Shown: positions 30,142 through 40,465 of the stretch, piece by piece
Position numbering within the stretch: position 1 is the first letter of the stretch
Layout: every line of letters starts with the position of its first letter
DNA from: Pseudomonadota bacterium
Lineage (GTDB): Bacteria; Campylobacterota; Campylobacteria; Campylobacterales; Sulfurimonadaceae
NCBI GenBank assembly: GCA_043797085.1
Contig: JAZDQA010000006.1
Span: forward strand, 32,001-96,000
Reading direction: 5' to 3'
DNA length: 64,000 bases
Notes under the pieces: generated by a model
What the model saw: only the letters and a program-made list of their open reading frames with translations
Databases searched by the model: none
Told to the model about the DNA's origin: nothing
Made by a program: the position numbers and the translations under genes

Positions 30142-30606
30142 TTATTCTTCAATATTTTTAAGTAAATCAAGGCGGAGAATGTGACGCTCCGTAATGACCG
30201 TTTTAAAATCACCTTCAAAAACTTTTATTTCATGAACGTATCCTTTGACACTCACGGTACGTTTGCGCCCTTCTTTTTGATGTTCTATGGCTTCAAAAGT
30301 AACTTTATCTCCTACACGTACAGGGGATAAAAACAAACAGCTTGAGGATGCCAAAACAACATTGGGTTCATTTACTGCCGCCATTGCCGCAAAATCAGCC
30401 GCACTGAAAATAAACCCTCCATGCACTAAGCCCAGTTCATCCGCTCTCATGACTTCGATAGTTTCAAGCACTACTGTTGCACTTCCGCGTTCAAGCTTCA
30501 CTACCTCACCGCTAAAAGCACTGTTCACTTTTTCGTGTGTTATTAAACTGTCTTGCTGGTTATTTACTATCTGCAGTAAATTTTTATCATCTTCTTGAGT
30601 TGCCAA
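30142..30606 (-). CDS. PaaI/hotdog-fold thioesterase
   Basis: 'GLVHGGFIFSAADFAAMAAVN' and 'FLSPVRVGD'; TTG start. Confidence 0.88.
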   Translation of the reverse strand: MATQEDDKNLLQIVNNQQDSLITHEKVNSAFSGEVVKLERGSATVVLETIEVMRADELGLVHGGFIFSAADFAAMAAVNEPNVVLASSSCLFLSPVRVGDKVTFEAIEHQKEGRKRTVSVKGYVHEIKVFEGDFKTVITERHILRLDLLKNIEE

Positions 30607-30608
30607 TA

Positions 30609-31502
30609 TTACCCCTTCTTAAGTCGGACGTACCCTCGCACTGGTGCCGGGTATCCCTCTACCGTTTTACTACTATCGTCCGGATCGAGAAAATCTTCAA
30701 GGCTTTGAGATTCAATCCATGAAGTTTTACGCTGTTCGTCCGAAGTCGTCAGTACTATTCCTAATACTTCAAAGCTTTTAAAGCCAGCTTTCGTACACCA
30801 ATTTTCCAATGCTTTCAAGGTTGGTACAAAATAAACATTACTGATTTTCGAATATCCTTCACTCGGACAAAGTGCATACGGTTCTTCCCCTTCGATAATA
30901 AAGGTATCAAGATAAAGCTCTCCATCTTTTTCCAATCCGGCATGCAATGCCTTAAGCATTGCGACAGGATCACTACGATGGTACAAAACACCAAGACAAA
31001 AAAGCACGTCAAATTTTTCTTCATAAAACGGTAAATGCTCAACACCAAGCAACTCATATACGATATCACTTTGTACAAAATGGTTAATCAAATCAAACTG
31101 GGATTTAAAAAGAGCCGACGGGTCAAATCCTACTACTTTGGTGGGAGAATCTTCCAGAAAACGAAACATATAATAACCGTTATTACACCCAATGTCTGCT
31201 ACTTTTTTATCCCGAAGATTAAAGTGGGGACGTAAAAAATTGTATTTTTGATCGCTTTTCCATTCGGTATCGATAAAAAGACCAAAAAGATCAAACGGTC
31301 CTTTACGCCATGGCATCATAAGGCGTGCAACGTTTTCCAATTCTAACAGATCAATAGGTTCTTCACTTTGAAGTGTAACCGTATCTCCCAAAATAACCGT
31401 CGTCTTAAGAAGAGGAAGATCGTTTAAGTCACGCCGAAGCGGTGCAATATTTTTCCATGTCATCCATTTCTCACGTTCCGCGCGAACGGCTGATAAATCC
31501 AT
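30609..31502 (-). CDS. cmoB: tRNA U34 carboxymethyltransferase
   Basis: Motifs 'PWRKGPF', 'IDTEWKS', 'DIGCNNGY' and 'GVLYHR', plus 'TVEGYPAP'. Confidence 0.95.
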   Translation of the reverse strand: MDLSAVRAEREKWMTWKNIAPLRRDLNDLPLLKTTVILGDTVTLQSEEPIDLLELENVARLMMPWRKGPFDLFGLFIDTEWKSDQKYNFLRPHFNLRDKKVADIGCNNGYYMFRFLEDSPTKVVGFDPSALFKSQFDLINHFVQSDIVYELLGVEHLPFYEEKFDVLFCLGVLYHRSDPVAMLKALHAGLEKDGELYLDTFIIEGEEPYALCPSEGYSKISNVYFVPTLKALENWCTKAGFKSFEVLGIVLTTSDEQRKTSWIESQSLEDFLDPDDSSKTVEGYPAPVRGYVRLKKG

Positions 31503-31530
31503 ACTCTATTCCCCAATTCTAAAAGAGACA

Positions 31531-31554
31531 ATTTTAGCAATATTAGGCTAAAAT
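31531..31554. promoter_or_regulatory. Symmetric bidirectional promoter between cmoB and the CDF gene
   Basis: attttagc-aatattag-gctaaaat gives a gcTAAAAT -10 box on each strand. The plus-strand box ends 7 nt before ATG 31562. Confidence 0.55.
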
Positions 31555-31561
31555 CCCCCTC

Positions 31562-32440
31562 ATGCGTATAGAAAAAAAAGCCACTCTCATCTCCAGCACC
31601 GTTGCATTCGTTCTCGTAGCCTTTAAACTCACTGTCGGTATTATCAGCGGTTCCGTTGCCGTATTGGCTTCAGCCGTCGATTCATTACTCGATATGGTTG
31701 TCTCCGCCTTTAACTATTTTGCACTTCATAACTCAGATAAAGAACCCGATGAGCATTTTAACTTCGGACGTCGTAAGCTTGAACCTCTTGCTGCTGTTAT
31801 TGAAGGGACGATCATTAGTCTTTCTGCCCTTTTTATTCTCTATGAAGCCATCTCAAAAATGGTGCAAAATGAGCCGATTAAACATTTAAGTCTTTCTATA
31901 TGGGTTATGGTTGGATCGATGGTAATAACAGCAGGATTGGTTATTTTTCTCAACATAGTGGCAAAAAAAACGGGAAATATGGTAATAAAAGCCGATGCTT
32001 TGCACTACAAAACAGACTTATTAAGCAACGCAGCGGTTTTAGTCTCTCTTGTAATCATTAGCTTGACGGAGTACACTCTTATAGACCCCTTGCTTGGGAT
32101 AGGTATCAGCGCATATATGATTTATTCAGCCTTTCCTCTGATTCGTGATGGAATCATGATGCTGCTTGATGCCGCACTGCCGAGCGAAGATGTTGCAAAA
32201 ATAATTGCTATTTTAGATAACGAAATGGGTATAAATTCCCATCACGATCTTCTTACGCGTCATTCTGCCTCTGATATCTATGTTAGCGTTCACATCGTTT
32301 TTAGTATAAGCACCTCATTATACGATGCTCATCTAGTAGGTGACAAAATAGAACTGGCGCTAAAAAATTGCTTTCCGGACAATAATGTTCATCCCCTTAT
32401 TCATCTTGATCCGTATGATGATTCAGAAGATGAGCATTAA
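31562..32440 (+). CDS. Cation diffusion facilitator (FieF-like)
   Basis: Motifs 'ASAVDSLLD', 'PDEHFNFG' and 'ADALHYKTD', plus C-terminal 'IHLDP'. Confidence 0.92.
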   Translation: MRIEKKATLISSTVAFVLVAFKLTVGIISGSVAVLASAVDSLLDMVVSAFNYFALHNSDKEPDEHFNFGRRKLEPLAAVIEGTIISLSALFILYEAISKMVQNEPIKHLSLSIWVMVGSMVITAGLVIFLNIVAKKTGNMVIKADALHYKTDLLSNAAVLVSLVIISLTEYTLIDPLLGIGISAYMIYSAFPLIRDGIMMLLDAALPSEDVAKIIAILDNEMGINSHHDLLTRHSASDIYVSVHIVFSISTSLYDAHLVGDKIELALKNCFPDNNVHPLIHLDPYDDSEDEH

Positions 32441-32441
32441 A

Positions 32442-32894
32442 TTATACGGAAAATTTTCCCTCTGGAAGAGCAAATATCCGTCGCTCCAAGCGATCAATAC
32501 CCTCAATTAATTTGACAGACACTGCTTTAAGTTCATCATAATACGCTTTGGCTGCTTCTTGATTTTGAGGTGTTACTTTTTTGCGCATACCAAAAAACTT
32601 GGAAAAAAGCGAACGATCTTCATCACTGAAATATATTTTAAAAATTTTCATATAAACATCATGAAGTTCAAAATGAAACTTTTCAATCTCTTTAAGACAA
32701 TCCATATTCGGAATCATTCCAAGCACTTGACCCTCTCCATAAAACCACAAACCAAACTTACACTCCGTGCATCCAACAGGAACCTGTTCTTTCTCAATGG
32801 GCAACCCCTCAATAAGAGCGTGCGCACGCTGAACCCACGTGATATGTGCTTTCTTCGCATTTCTTAGATGGGATAATGTATCTTCTTTAGTCAT
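32442..32894 (-). CDS. Stand-alone CZB (chemoreceptor zinc-binding) domain protein
   Basis: His/Cys ligand pattern 'AHITWV', 'CKFGLWFYG' and 'HFELH'. Confidence 0.85.
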   Translation of the reverse strand: MTKEDTLSHLRNAKKAHITWVQRAHALIEGLPIEKEQVPVGCTECKFGLWFYGEGQVLGMIPNMDCLKEIEKFHFELHDVYMKIFKIYFSDEDRSLFSKFFGMRKKVTPQNQEAAKAYYDELKAVSVKLIEGIDRLERRIFALPEGKFSV

Positions 32895-33011
32895 AGTATA
32901 ATTTTCCTTTTTACGTTCAATCTATCGAGTCTGTTTAATTGGTTAAAAAATCATAGCATTTTTCTATCACATCGTTATAATATTTTTAAATAAATTTAAC
33001 TAAAACGATAT

Positions 33012-34583
33012 TTATCGTGCGAACTCTATCGTACGGCTCTCTCGGATGACATTCACTTTTATCTCACCGGGGAACTGTACTTTTTGGGCAATTTCATCCG
33101 CAATTTCGCGTGCCAGCAATGCACTCTCATCATCACTGATACTCTGTGCATTGACAATAACACGCACTTCACGTCCCGCATTGATGGCATACGCTTGTTT
33201 GACACCGTATTTTGCCGTCGCGATTTCTTCGATTTCACTCACACGACGCAAGAAACTTTCCAACACTTCACGCCGCGCACCCGGACGTGCTGCGGAGAGG
33301 CTATCTGCAGCACACACACACGCGCACTCGACACTTTTTATCTCTTCTTGCCCATGATGAGCATAAATGGCGTTAATCACGACAGGATCTTCACCAAGAC
33401 GTCGGCATACTTCTACACCCAAATCTACATGATTTCCCCCTGCACTCTCTTGAGTCAGCGATTTGCCAATATCATGAAGCAATCCTGCCCGCTTGGCAAG
33501 ACGGACATCTCCACCCATCTCAGCTGCCATTAATCCTGCCAAATGTGCTACTTCAAGCGTATGAGCCAAAGCGTTTTGTCCATAACTCGCACGATAACGA
33601 AGCCGTCCTATCAATCGACAAAGCTCAGGATGCATAACACCAAGCCCTAAATCAAAAACGATCTCTTCACCCTCACGCAAAATTCCTTCTTCAAACTCAT
33701 CGACAACTTTTTGGTAAATTTCCTCAATACGTGCCGGCTGAATCCGTCCATCTTCGACCAAAAGCCCAATCGTTTTCGTAGCAATCGCACGACGATAAAG
33801 ATTAAATGAACTTACGACAATCGTATTGGGTGTTTCATCAATGATAATATCAACACCCGTTACCATTTCTATTGCTTTGATATTGCGCCCTTCTTTACCG
33901 ATAATGCGCCCTTTTAGCTCATCGCTTTCCAGATGAATGACACTAATAAGGCGTTCAGAGGCAAATTCACCCGCAAATCGTGATGTCGCTTGTCCCAAAA
34001 TATAATCGGCTTTGCGCTTGAGCTGATCTTTTGTTTGTTCTTCAAGCTGACGCGTTAATCGTCCCAATTCTAATCGGGAATCATTACGCACTTGTTCGAG
34101 CAATAATGTTTTAGCTTCTTGTACCGAAAGAGAACAACGCCCCTCTAATACCGAAGTAACTTGTTGTGTTTTTTGGTGATATTCTTCTTTTAATTTCTCT
34201 AAAGCACGCTCACTTCGTTCCAGATTCAATCGCGTATTTTCGATTCCGCTACGCAAAGTATTTATCGCATTCGACTCACTCAGACGAAAAGCCTCAAAAT
34301 CACTTTGCAATTGAAGCACATGTGCTTCTTGGATACTCAAATCACTCTTCGCACGGCTGTACACTTCGTCATATTTACGAATCGCTTCTTTTTCAATTTC
34401 ATTCGATCTTGACGTTGCACGTAACAGTAAGTTTTGCGCTTCTGACTCTATGGCATTTGCTTTTGCGCGCGCTTGCGCTTCATAATGTTCGAAACTAGAA
34501 AGTGATATTTTTCTTGAAATTAAAAATCCGACTATCCCGCTTAAAGTGGCTATGCCACTGCCTATGAGCAGGCTGTTTAACAT
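33012..34583 (-). CDS. rny: Ribonuclease Y
   Basis: N-terminal TM anchor, coiled coil, KH domain 'KGRIIGKEGRNI' and HD domain 'LLHDIGK'. Confidence 0.96.
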   Translation of the reverse strand: MLNSLLIGSGIATLSGIVGFLISRKISLSSFEHYEAQARAKANAIESEAQNLLLRATSRSNEIEKEAIRKYDEVYSRAKSDLSIQEAHVLQLQSDFEAFRLSESNAINTLRSGIENTRLNLERSERALEKLKEEYHQKTQQVTSVLEGRCSLSVQEAKTLLLEQVRNDSRLELGRLTRQLEEQTKDQLKRKADYILGQATSRFAGEFASERLISVIHLESDELKGRIIGKEGRNIKAIEMVTGVDIIIDETPNTIVVSSFNLYRRAIATKTIGLLVEDGRIQPARIEEIYQKVVDEFEEGILREGEEIVFDLGLGVMHPELCRLIGRLRYRASYGQNALAHTLEVAHLAGLMAAEMGGDVRLAKRAGLLHDIGKSLTQESAGGNHVDLGVEVCRRLGEDPVVINAIYAHHGQEEIKSVECACVCAADSLSAARPGARREVLESFLRRVSEIEEIATAKYGVKQAYAINAGREVRVIVNAQSISDDESALLAREIADEIAQKVQFPGEIKVNVIRESRTIEFAR

Positions 34584-35133
34584 GAAAATCCTTCATTCTA
34601 CGCACCCCATCAGGTGTGATCAGTAAATCACCTTGTATATCATAATCATCACACAGCGGTAATGCAGTATAGCAAACACATGACTGTACAAAAATTGTTA
34701 ACGGTTTACGTTTTAGTGTGGGAAAAAAACGATCATACATACCTTTGCCAAAACCAATTCGGCGTCCGGCTCCATCCACACCCACGACGGGGACAATAGC
34801 AATATCAATTAATTTTATATTTAAGTTAGAAATCCGTGGCTCATGAATCCCGAAGGCTTTACGCTCCAACGGCAACCTTAATGGTACCATTTTGAAACTG
34901 ACGTCATCCATAAACGGTAAATATAATGATTTTTTAGAGCGTAACTCAAAAATAGTACGACGAATGTCCACTTCAAAACCAAAAGGCCAATAAAATAAAA
35001 TTCGCTTCGCTTTATGATGACGTAAAAATTTTAAAAGATACTGATTAACACGGAAATCTCGATATATTTTACCTGTTTTTGGAAGATTTCTTTGTTTTTT
35101 TAAACATTGGTCACGAAAATCATTTTTGGTCAC
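34495..35133 (-). CDS. ygfA: 5-formyltetrahydrofolate cyclo-ligase
   Basis: 'IVPVVGVD..GRRIGFGKGMYDR'. GTG start; the 3' end overlaps rny by 89 bp. Confidence 0.9.
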   Translation of the reverse strand: MTKNDFRDQCLKKQRNLPKTGKIYRDFRVNQYLLKFLRHHKAKRILFYWPFGFEVDIRRTIFELRSKKSLYLPFMDDVSFKMVPLRLPLERKAFGIHEPRISNLNIKLIDIAIVPVVGVDGAGRRIGFGKGMYDRFFPTLKRKPLTIFVQSCVCYTALPLCDDYDIQGDLLITPDGVRRMKDFHVKQPAHRQWHSHFKRDSRIFNFKKNITF

Positions 35134-35189
35134 TTCTAAACCTTTTTCGATATAATCATCATATTCTAGCCAATTTACAAAGGTTATCC

Positions 35190-35738
35190 ATGCGTTTATC
35201 CACTTTTTACATCTCTTTAGTTTCTGCCATGCTGCTCTTTACCGGATGCGGTGACAACTCGCCCGAAGAATCAATGGTCTCTACTGCCACTTTCAATCTG
35301 CTCGACACTCAAGGAAAATCGTACAGTGTTGAAAAAAAAGGGACCAATTTTACCCTCAGTGACAGTGATGACAAAGTTGTACTTTTTGATATTTTTGCTA
35401 CGTGGTGTCCTCCTTGCCGTGCAGAAGTACGTCATTTAGGTAATTTACAAAAAAAATATGGCGATGATTTGATCATTATGGGTCTAACAATCGAAGATGA
35501 TGTCTCTAATAATGATCTGGAAAAATTCAAAGAAAAATACGGCGGACAATATCTCATTTCCAACAAAGCTCAAAACCAAGACCTAGCCCGTGCCATAGCG
35601 TCCACCATCGGTGTAGGGCAACAATTTCCAATCCCGCTTATGGTTTTATATAAAGACGGTCAATACATCACACACTATTCAGGTGCAACACCTGAAGAGA
35701 TGATAGACAGTGACATTGCTCAGGCATTAGGTAAATAA
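35190..35738 (+). CDS. TlpA-family disulfide reductase lipoprotein
   Basis: Lipobox 'LLFTGC' and 'FATWCPPC'. Start set at ATG 35190 after AAGG. Confidence 0.88.
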   Translation: MRLSTFYISLVSAMLLFTGCGDNSPEESMVSTATFNLLDTQGKSYSVEKKGTNFTLSDSDDKVVLFDIFATWCPPCRAEVRHLGNLQKKYGDDLIIMGLTIEDDVSNNDLEKFKEKYGGQYLISNKAQNQDLARAIASTIGVGQQFPIPLMVLYKDGQYITHYSGATPEEMIDSDIAQALGK

Positions 35739-36628
35739 TGATGTTTAGTTTTATAAAAAAAGGGCTGCAAAAAACGATTGAAGCCATAAGTGCTATCGTC
35801 CCTGAAAAAAAACTTACCATCACCAAAGACGAACTCGAAAATATCCTTCTCGAAGCGGATGTCGAATATGATCTCGTCGAAATAATTTTACGTGAACTCT
35901 ATCAAAATGAAGTAAGCCGTGAGCAATTACGATCAAAACTTCTCGCAACACTCAGCTTTGCTCAAAACACACTTCCTGAAAATCCCGACAAACCTACCGT
36001 AACTCTCATCATCGGAGTCAATGGTGCCGGAAAAACAACAACCATTGCAAAACTGGCACAACGTCATCTCAACAACGGTGAACGTGTTATTTTAGGAGCT
36101 GGCGACACATTCCGAGCTGCTGCTATCGAACAGCTCACTCGCTGGGCCGATAAGCTCGAAATCCCTATTGTCTCATCTCGACAAGGTCATGATCCTAGTG
36201 CTGTCGCCTACGACACAATCGAATCAGCTAAAGCACGAGGGTTTGAGCAAGTTATCATTGACACCGCAGGACGTTTACATACCCAAACCAATCTCGGCAA
36301 TGAGCTTAAAAAAATCGTCCGTATCTGTGACAAAGCACACACAGGAGCACCACATCACAAAATTCTAATCCTCGATGGCACACAAGGAAGCTCCGCCATC
36401 GCTCAAGCCAAAGCATTTAATGAAATGATCGGCATCGATGGAATTATCATCACCAAACTCGACGGCACTGCCAAAGGAGGCTCCGTTTTCAGTATCGCCT
36501 ACGCGCTTGAACTTCCGATTCTCTTCATCGGTGTAGGTGAACAGCCGGAGCATTTGATACCGTTTAACAAATATGAGTTTGTGGATGGAATTTTGGATGC
36601 GATTTATGGGGAAGAAAATCAAAAATAA
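35738..36628 (+). CDS. ftsY: Signal recognition particle receptor
   Basis: Motifs 'GVNGAGKTTTIAKLA', 'DTFRAAA', 'DTAGR' and 'TKLDGTAKGG'. Confidence 0.97.
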   Translation: MMFSFIKKGLQKTIEAISAIVPEKKLTITKDELENILLEADVEYDLVEIILRELYQNEVSREQLRSKLLATLSFAQNTLPENPDKPTVTLIIGVNGAGKTTTIAKLAQRHLNNGERVILGAGDTFRAAAIEQLTRWADKLEIPIVSSRQGHDPSAVAYDTIESAKARGFEQVIIDTAGRLHTQTNLGNELKKIVRICDKAHTGAPHHKILILDGTQGSSAIAQAKAFNEMIGIDGIIITKLDGTAKGGSVFSIAYALELPILFIGVGEQPEHLIPFNKYEFVDGILDAIYGEENQK

Positions 36629-37980
36629 TGGCAAAGAAAAAAACAACCCTTTTCGAATGTCAACACTGCGGTTTTACCACTCCTAAATGGATGGGGAAAT
36701 GTACCAACTGTGGTGGTTGGGACAGTTTTGTTGAGCTGAATGAACAGCAGCAGGATATTATCAAACTCACCTCTTCATCATCACCCTCAGATGCTTCCAA
36801 AGCCAAAGAGATTACTAAAATCCAAGAAGAGACGACAGAGCGCTACAGTAGCGATGATGCTGAACTTGATATGGTACTTGGCGGCGGGATTGTTCCGGGG
36901 TCGTTGGTGCTTATCGGTGGGAGTCCCGGGGTTGGGAAATCGACGCTATTGCTCAAAATCGGTTCAAATCTCGCTCGTCAAAATAAAAATGTATTGTATG
37001 TATCAGGAGAAGAGAGCGAGGGGCAAATCAAACTGCGCGCCAACCGTTTGGGTGCGAATGTCGATAATCTCTATCTCTTGGCTGAAATACGACTGGAACA
37101 AGTTCTCTCCGAATTGCATGAGAGAGCTTATGAGTGTATCATCATTGACTCCATTCAGACCCTCTATTCCGAGTCCATAGCGTCTGCTCCCGGATCGGTA
37201 ACGCAAGTGCGCCAAATTACTTTTGATTTAATGCGTATTGCCAAAGAAAGACGTATAGCGATTTTCATCATCGGGCATATTACCAAAGAAGGCTCGATTG
37301 CCGGACCACGGGTACTAGAGCATATGGTCGATGTCGTCCTCTATTTCGAAGGGGACAGCGGTCATGAACTTCGTATTTTACGGGGCTTTAAAAATCGTTT
37401 TGGTCCTACGAGTGAAATTGGTGTTTTTGAGATGCGTTCGGAAGGACTTATGTCGGCAAAAGATCTCTCCTCACGTTTTTTTAATCGCAATAAATCTCAG
37501 AGCGGATCTGCTTTAACGGTCATTATGGAGGGATCGCGCCCCATCGTCTTAGAAGTGCAAGCACTGGTAAGTGACACTCATGCCCCAAATCCCAAACGCC
37601 AAGCAACGGGATTTGATAACAATCGCCTTAATATGCTTTTAGCACTCTTAGAGCGTAAACTCGAGATCCCTCTCAACAGCTATGATGTTTTTGTCAACAT
37701 CACCGGCGGTATCAAGATCACAGAAACCTCTGCTGATTTAGCCATTTTAGCTGCCATTATTAGCAGTTTTCGTAACCGTTCTATTTCTAAAGAAACGGTT
37801 TTTATCGGTGAAGTCTCCCTCGTAGGGGATATTCGTGAAGTCTATCAGCTTGATCAGCGACTTAAAGAAGCACATTCTCAGCAAATCACAAAAGCACTGA
37901 TCCCGAAAAAACCGCTCGAAAAAACCGCCATTAAATGCTACGAAATTGATGAAGTCAGTAAGCTATTGGAGTGGTTTTAA
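36628..37980 (+). CDS. radA: DNA repair protein RadA/Sms
   Basis: C4 zinc finger, 'GGSPGVGKST', 'KNRFG' and a Lon-like C-terminus. Confidence 0.97.
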   Translation: MAKKKTTLFECQHCGFTTPKWMGKCTNCGGWDSFVELNEQQQDIIKLTSSSSPSDASKAKEITKIQEETTERYSSDDAELDMVLGGGIVPGSLVLIGGSPGVGKSTLLLKIGSNLARQNKNVLYVSGEESEGQIKLRANRLGANVDNLYLLAEIRLEQVLSELHERAYECIIIDSIQTLYSESIASAPGSVTQVRQITFDLMRIAKERRIAIFIIGHITKEGSIAGPRVLEHMVDVVLYFEGDSGHELRILRGFKNRFGPTSEIGVFEMRSEGLMSAKDLSSRFFNRNKSQSGSALTVIMEGSRPIVLEVQALVSDTHAPNPKRQATGFDNNRLNMLLALLERKLEIPLNSYDVFVNITGGIKITETSADLAILAAIISSFRNRSISKETVFIGEVSLVGDIREVYQLDQRLKEAHSQQITKALIPKKPLEKTAIKCYEIDEVSKLLEWF

Positions 37981-37989
37981 CGCTTCTAA

Positions 37990-37997
37990 GCTATAAT
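37990..37997 (+). promoter_or_regulatory. sigma70 -10 element for the hypothetical protein-carbonic anhydrase operon
   Basis: gcTATAAT about 28 nt upstream of ATG 38026, with an AAGGA RBS between. Confidence 0.55.
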
Positions 37998-38025
37998 AAG
38001 CCTATTAAACCAAAGGACATTTACC

Positions 38026-38298
38026 ATGACAGAATGCTCTATTATTGCAGATCATAAATCCGAAGAACGATACACTAAACTTTCACTTGCTTATTCTACA
38101 CAGCAAGAAAAAGAACAAATTGAAGATGCCATTTCACAATGTACTACAGAATGTTCTGTTCAACCCATTATTTATGGCGGGGATGTAATCGGTGGGAAAA
38201 AAATGATTACCATCGAATACCATGATGATTGTGATCGTGAGGGAGGCGCTGTCTATGAAAAGATTTTATGCACTCTTGGGATCAAAGAATGTCATTAA
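38026..38298 (+). CDS. Small Cys-rich hypothetical protein
   Basis: 90 aa with promoter and RBS, six Cys and 'IEYHDDCDREGG'; overlaps the carbonic anhydrase start. Confidence 0.7.
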   Translation: MTECSIIADHKSEERYTKLSLAYSTQQEKEQIEDAISQCTTECSVQPIIYGGDVIGGKKMITIEYHDDCDREGGAVYEKILCTLGIKECH

Positions 38299-38969
38299 GC
38301 CGTAACAGCTCGGATAAAAGTGCTCAACTTCTTCAGGAATTTGTAAAGGGAAATGAAACTTTTCAACAAACTTATTTCAAAAAACATGAAGAGCAACTCC
38401 TTAATCTTGTCCAAAATGGACAAAATCCTCGTGCCTTATTTATCGGATGCTCAGATTCACGGGTTATCCCCGATCTGATTGTTCAGACACGTCCTGGTGA
38501 TCTGTTTGTTATTCGCAACGTGGGAAATTTTGTTGCACCTTATAAACCCGATGAAGATTTTCACTCAACTGCTGCCGGAATCGAATATGCCGTTGCCGTT
38601 TTGGAGGTTTCTGAGATTATTATTTGTGGACATTCTCATTGCGGAGCGATTGAAGCACTCTATAATCCTACCTGCGATACAACGATGGTTCATACGGCTA
38701 AATGGCTGACATTGGGAGAAAAAGCAAAATCAATGGCGATGATAGCTTTAGGTGACAATGCACCTCGCGAGGAATTGCTTCGGGCAACAGAACAGCTTTC
38801 CGTTGTGACCCAAATTGAAAATCTTCTCACCTATCCGTATGTAAAAAAATTAGCGGAAGAAGAAAAACTTTTTATCCATGGCTGGTACTATGACATCGAA
38901 ACAGGTGCCATAGAATATTATGATCCTGAAATATTTCAGTTTCGCCCACTTAGTGAGCTTGGGGAATAA
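38289..38969 (+). CDS. Beta-class carbonic anhydrase
   Basis: Motifs 'GCSDSRV', 'RNVGN', 'CGHSHCGA' and 'HGWYYDI'. Start set at ATG 38289. Confidence 0.93.
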   Translation: MSLSRNSSDKSAQLLQEFVKGNETFQQTYFKKHEEQLLNLVQNGQNPRALFIGCSDSRVIPDLIVQTRPGDLFVIRNVGNFVAPYKPDEDFHSTAAGIEYAVAVLEVSEIIICGHSHCGAIEALYNPTCDTTMVHTAKWLTLGEKAKSMAMIALGDNAPREELLRATEQLSVVTQIENLLTYPYVKKLAEEEKLFIHGWYYDIETGAIEYYDPEIFQFRPLSELGE

Positions 38970-39764
38970 TTACCAATCCAAATACAAAAATAACGATGAC
39001 ATAAAGTAGTTGGCAATAAAGATTGCTACTGCTGAATAAACAACAGCATAGATCGTTGATTGTCCTACCCCTCGTGCTCCGCCTGTTGTGTTGTATCCGA
39101 TATAACTTCCAATAGCACTTACAATCCATCCAAATACTGCGGCTTTAATAACTCCGGTCATAATGTCATTAAGTTCACCAAATCGCATTACGGTATCTTG
39201 ATATGCGATAGGATTTATCCCAAGCGCACCCGTTGAAATAAAATACGCGGATGAAACAGCAATAAAATCGAACCATATAACAAGCAAGGGAAGAGAAATC
39301 ACAGTTGCAACAATTCTAGGTACCAATAGATACTCTTTTGAATCGACCCCTAAGATATCAATCGCATCAATCTGCTCACTCACTTTCATCGTCCCAAGCT
39401 CTGCAGCCATTGCACTAATGGAACGAGAAATAAGCATCAATGAGGCAAATACAGGTCCAAGCTCTTTGGTGATTGAGAGAAAAATCGTGTATCCGATAAA
39501 ACTTTCAATACCAAATTGATGAAATCCGCTGTACAGCTGAATTGCTTCCACCATTCCCGTAAACAATGCAGTGAGCGTTACAACACCCACACAGCCAAAT
39601 CCGATAATATCTATTTGAGTTAAGAGAATTGTTGGGCGTTTAAAAACTTTTGGATAAAGACGAAGTAGTCTAATCTGAAACAAAATAAACACGCCAAAAC
39701 GCTCAAGACTCTCAAATAGTGATAAAAAAGGACGTCCAATAAATCCAAAAATTGACTCAATCAT
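38970..39764 (-). CDS. mlaE: MlaE-family ABC transporter permease
   Basis: Motifs 'KELGPV', 'AAELGTMKVSEQIDA' and 'GGARGVG'. Confidence 0.92.
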   Translation of the reverse strand: MIESIFGFIGRPFLSLFESLERFGVFILFQIRLLRLYPKVFKRPTILLTQIDIIGFGCVGVVTLTALFTGMVEAIQLYSGFHQFGIESFIGYTIFLSITKELGPVFASLMLISRSISAMAAELGTMKVSEQIDAIDILGVDSKEYLLVPRIVATVISLPLLVIWFDFIAVSSAYFISTGALGINPIAYQDTVMRFGELNDIMTGVIKAAVFGWIVSAIGSYIGYNTTGGARGVGQSTIYAVVYSAVAIFIANYFMSSLFLYLDW

Positions 39765-39868
39765 ACTCTAAACCCCTCTTTGCTCTTACAAGTTTACTCA
39801 AATCGGGATAAATTTCAAAGGTTTCAAGATACAATAAAGAAAATATTTACTTTCATAAGGAGCAACGG

Positions 39869-40459
39869 ATGGCTGAAAAAGAAAAAGGACATCATGAAGA
39901 TGAGGTACCAGAGGGTGGTGAAAAGAAAAAATCGGGCAATTTACTCCTGATTATTATCATTGCAGTACTCTTTCTCGTTATTATTATTGGCGGGATTATC
40001 ACTTTTATGATGATGGGAAGCCATGAAGAAGAGTCGGGTGCAGCTAAAACCACTAAAGAAGCTTCAGCTCACGGTGACGAAAAGGCTGCTGAAGGTGAAG
40101 ATTCCGAACATAAAGATGAACCTGCAAGTGACAGTCATGGAGAGTCGTCAACTGAAGTTGGAATTATGTTTCCTCTGGATTTGTTCACGGTAAATCTCCT
40201 TTCTGAGAGCGGCAGACGCTATTTAAAAGTAGAAATGAATCTTGAACTCGAAGGTGAAGAATTAGCTATAGAACTCGAAGCCAAAAAACCGGTATTGCGC
40301 GATATTATTATCCGCATTCTCTCTTCAAAATCTCTCGAAGAGATTTCAACCGCCAAAGGTAAAGAGACGCTCAAAGAACAAATTGTATCAGAGCTCAATA
40401 CTAGAGTCAAAGACGGTAAAATTAAAAATGTTTACTTCGTTGATTTCGTTGTCCAATAA
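39869..40459 (+). CDS. fliL: Flagellar basal body-associated protein FliL
   Basis: Single N-terminal TM segment, 'FTVNL...RYLK', 'GKETLKEQI' and 'YFVDFVVQ'. Confidence 0.93.
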   Translation: MAEKEKGHHEDEVPEGGEKKKSGNLLLIIIIAVLFLVIIIGGIITFMMMGSHEEESGAAKTTKEASAHGDEKAAEGEDSEHKDEPASDSHGESSTEVGIMFPLDLFTVNLLSESGRRYLKVEMNLELEGEELAIELEAKKPVLRDIIIRILSSKSLEEISTAKGKETLKEQIVSELNTRVKDGKIKNVYFVDFVVQ

Positions 40460-40465
40460 CGGCGT

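Noticed and set aside
34495..34583. 89-bp ygfA/rny overlap as a frameshift or recoding site
   Set aside because: Both proteins have complete domains and rny has its own AAGGA RBS, so a simple C-terminal run-on explains the overlap.
35134..35189. 6S RNA upstream of ygfA-rny, where it often lies in other phyla
   Set aside because: Only about 55 bp separate ygfA and tlpA, and this is occupied by divergent -10 boxes, leaving no room for an ~180-nt RNA.
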